Position numbers and translations under genes: made by a program. Shown here piece by piece: positions 36,487 to 37,918 of a stretch of 37,918 nucleotides of DNA. A model generated the notes under the pieces. That model was not told where the DNA came from, searched no databases, and saw only the letters and a program-made list of their open reading frames with translations. Where the stretch lies: positions 1 to 37,918 of the IMG/VR virus record IMGVR_UViG_3300037461_000486. One strand, given 5' to 3'. The first letter of the stretch is position 1, and each line of letters starts with the position of its first letter. Source of the stretch: a virus (Duplodnaviria > Caudoviricetes).

Positions 36487-36982
36487 AAGATTATTTTTAT
36501 TAATCATTCTTGTTTTAGGAGGTTTTTATGCTTATAAATTCGGCAAAATGGAAAAGCTGGCCTATTGGACTTACGCTTACGAAGCAAAAGACGAAATCAA
36601 AGATCGCCAAATCAAACACATACAAAAGATTACGGCTGGCTCACCGGCTTTTCATTACGCCGAAGACATATGGAAGGCTTCACAATACTATCACATGGAT
36701 TACAGAATCATCCTGGGACTTTCTTTGCTTGAGTCTAGTCATTTTCGCAATGTTCCTGTTGGCTGTAATAACGCTTTTGGACTTGGCATATACGGGAATA
36801 AGCGCATTTGTTTCAATTCTTACAAGGAAAATATCTTTGCTGTGGCGAAACATTGGACTCTATCGGGCTATTTTAGAAACGAAAAAGATATAGTCCTGAA
36901 AGGTTGCATATGGCAACAGGGAAGGGCAAGACCATGTCCGTACGGATACAAGTTAGCAAGCATTATTAAAAATTATGAATGA
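36479..36982 (+). CDS. Membrane-anchored lysozyme-fold (glucosaminidase/GH73-like) protein
   Basis: N-terminal TM; DYRIILGLSLLESS...NNAFGLG...FNSYKENI. Confidence 0.7.
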   Translation: MFKRLFLLIILVLGGFYAYKFGKMEKLAYWTYAYEAKDEIKDRQIKHIQKITAGSPAFHYAEDIWKASQYYHMDYRIILGLSLLESSHFRNVPVGCNNAFGLGIYGNKRICFNSYKENIFAVAKHWTLSGYFRNEKDIVLKGCIWQQGRARPCPYGYKLASIIKNYE

Positions 36983-36983
36983 A

Positions 36984-37079
36984 TCAGCCTTTATAAGCAT
37001 GGCTAGGGCTTCTACAAGTAAGTCAATAGGGCAGGTTGACACTTTATTCACAAGCCTTAGCCATGATTACAAGGGCTGA
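36984..37079 (+). ncRNA. Long interrupted stem-loop (processing site or small RNA candidate)
   Basis: TCAGCCTT/AGGGCTGA, CATGGCTAGGGCTT/AAGCCTTAGCCATG (14 bp), GTCAAT/GTTGAC. Confidence 0.5.
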
Positions 37080-37086
37080 AACATAT

Positions 37087-37512
37087 ATGAAAAAAAAGCT
37101 GAAGTTTGACAAAAAGCTATACAAAAAGCTTTACAAAAAGATAAGGAAGCCAAGAAAGGTAGAGAAGAAAACAACATACAAACGCAAAGCTGACGCATTG
37201 TTTTCAAAGTTTGTTCGATCTTTAGATCATTGTGAGAAGTGCGGAAGTATAGACAAAAAACAATTTCAATGCGCTCATATCTACAGCCGGAAGTATGTGA
37301 ATTTACGTTATGACATTTATAACGTCTTGAATTTATGCGCCAAATGTCATAGGTTCGCACATGATAATCCGTTGGATTTCATGCTTTGGTTTAACCAAAA
37401 CTATTCTGACAGAGTAAAGTACCTTCAAAAAAAACACCAAATAATAAAGAAGTGGACTGTAGATGACTACAAAAAAGCAATAAAAGAAATAGAAAACTAC
37501 ATCCCAAGATAG
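37087..37512 (+). CDS. NinG/Rap-like HNH-type nuclease
   Basis: ADALFSKFVR..CEKCG..QCAHIYSR....RYD..N...LCAKCH; start probably ATG 37087. Confidence 0.8.
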   Translation: MKKKLKFDKKLYKKLYKKIRKPRKVEKKTTYKRKADALFSKFVRSLDHCEKCGSIDKKQFQCAHIYSRKYVNLRYDIYNVLNLCAKCHRFAHDNPLDFMLWFNQNYSDRVKYLQKKHQIIKKWTVDDYKKAIKEIENYIPR

Positions 37513-37516
37513 ATCG

Positions 37517-37557
37517 CCTTCATTGTTGGCCGGGATACTAGTGCCGGCCAATGAGGG
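37517..37557 (+). promoter_or_regulatory. Hairpin overlapping the SD of the secreted-protein gene
   Basis: CCTTCATTG/CAATGAGGG plus inner GCCGG/CCGGC; SD GAGGGGGTGA precedes TTG 37568. Confidence 0.5.
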
Positions 37558-37567
37558 GGTGATTAGA

Positions 37568-37918
37568 TTGAAAAGATTAATATGGTTTTTAATAGGGATA
37601 GTAGTAGCATTTTTTCTCATTACATGGCTATCTTACGGAAAAGCTGAAGCCGTTGAAACTTGTCCGGCAACAGGTGATTGGATAAAAGTCGAGCCGTTAT
37701 CAGGCAAGACTTACACTTACTCACCAGCACCAGGCTGTACTGTGAGTGACAACTGTTATAAGCACTCAACTTATGTTCATTATGGTACAGGAGTAACAGT
37801 AACGGCAGACTCACATTGTACAAAATGGGAATGGTGGGGCTGTGATAGGTGGACTCAATACGATTTAAGTCATGCTTCATTCAAAGTAAATTGTGTAGCA
37901 CCGACTCTGACACCGACT
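37568..37918 (+). CDS. 5' part of the junction-spanning secreted protein (about 299 aa total, continues to 705)
   Basis: MKRLIWFLIGIVVAFFLITWLSYGKAEA signal peptide with an AxA site, then a Cys-rich domain. Confidence 0.85.
   Translation, partial: MKRLIWFLIGIVVAFFLITWLSYGKAEAVETCPATGDWIKVEPLSGKTYTYSPAPGCTVSDNCYKHSTYVHYGTGVTVTADSHCTKWEWWGCDRWTQYDLSHASFKVNCVAPTLTPT
37763..37918. repeat. Terminal direct repeat or circular overlap, right copy
   Basis: 153 of 156 bases identical to 1-156. Confidence 0.97.

Noticed and set aside
115-37880. Most minus-strand and nested ORFs in the track (e.g. 115-375, 5608-5955, 7441-7812, 21879-22283, 36528-36893, 37620-37880)
   Set aside because: They are shadows of well-supported + strand genes and have no motifs or RBS.
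1-37918. Alternative genetic code (TGA or TAG recoding)
   Set aside because: Code 11 gives dense full-length genes, TGA is used as a stop in many ATGA overlaps, and TAG ends at least one gene (7239).

Overview
An apparently complete tailed dsDNA phage genome of about 37.76 kb unique length. Bases 1-156 repeat 37763-37918 with 3 mismatches, and one gene reads across the junction. It has a podovirus-like layout: TerS, TerL, portal, scaffold, N4-gp56-type capsid, accessory structural proteins, ejection proteins, adaptor, nozzle and fibres, lysis genes, then an early and replication region with an iteron origin. Nearly all genes are on the + strand in the standard code. I recognise no integrase, polymerase, reverse transcriptase, tRNA or CRISPR array. 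A Patescibacteria/CPR-type host is a weak inference from protein style. Two features stand out. (1) A structurally conserved, sequence-covarying leader (promoter, antiterminator-like stem, overlapping intrinsic terminator, U-tract, ATG) occurs four times, once in front of each late module, and two small DUF2292/YezD-like proteins are encoded directly upstream of the first copy. This is a candidate protein-RNA antitermination switch for late genes. (2) A 9-enzyme sugar synthesis and transfer cluster is embedded among virion genes, next to a protein with 19 periodic N-A-S motifs, and related x-A-S/C motifs recur in other virion proteins. This is a candidate phage-encoded virion glycosylation system. 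All family assignments come from motif recognition by eye, not from database searches.
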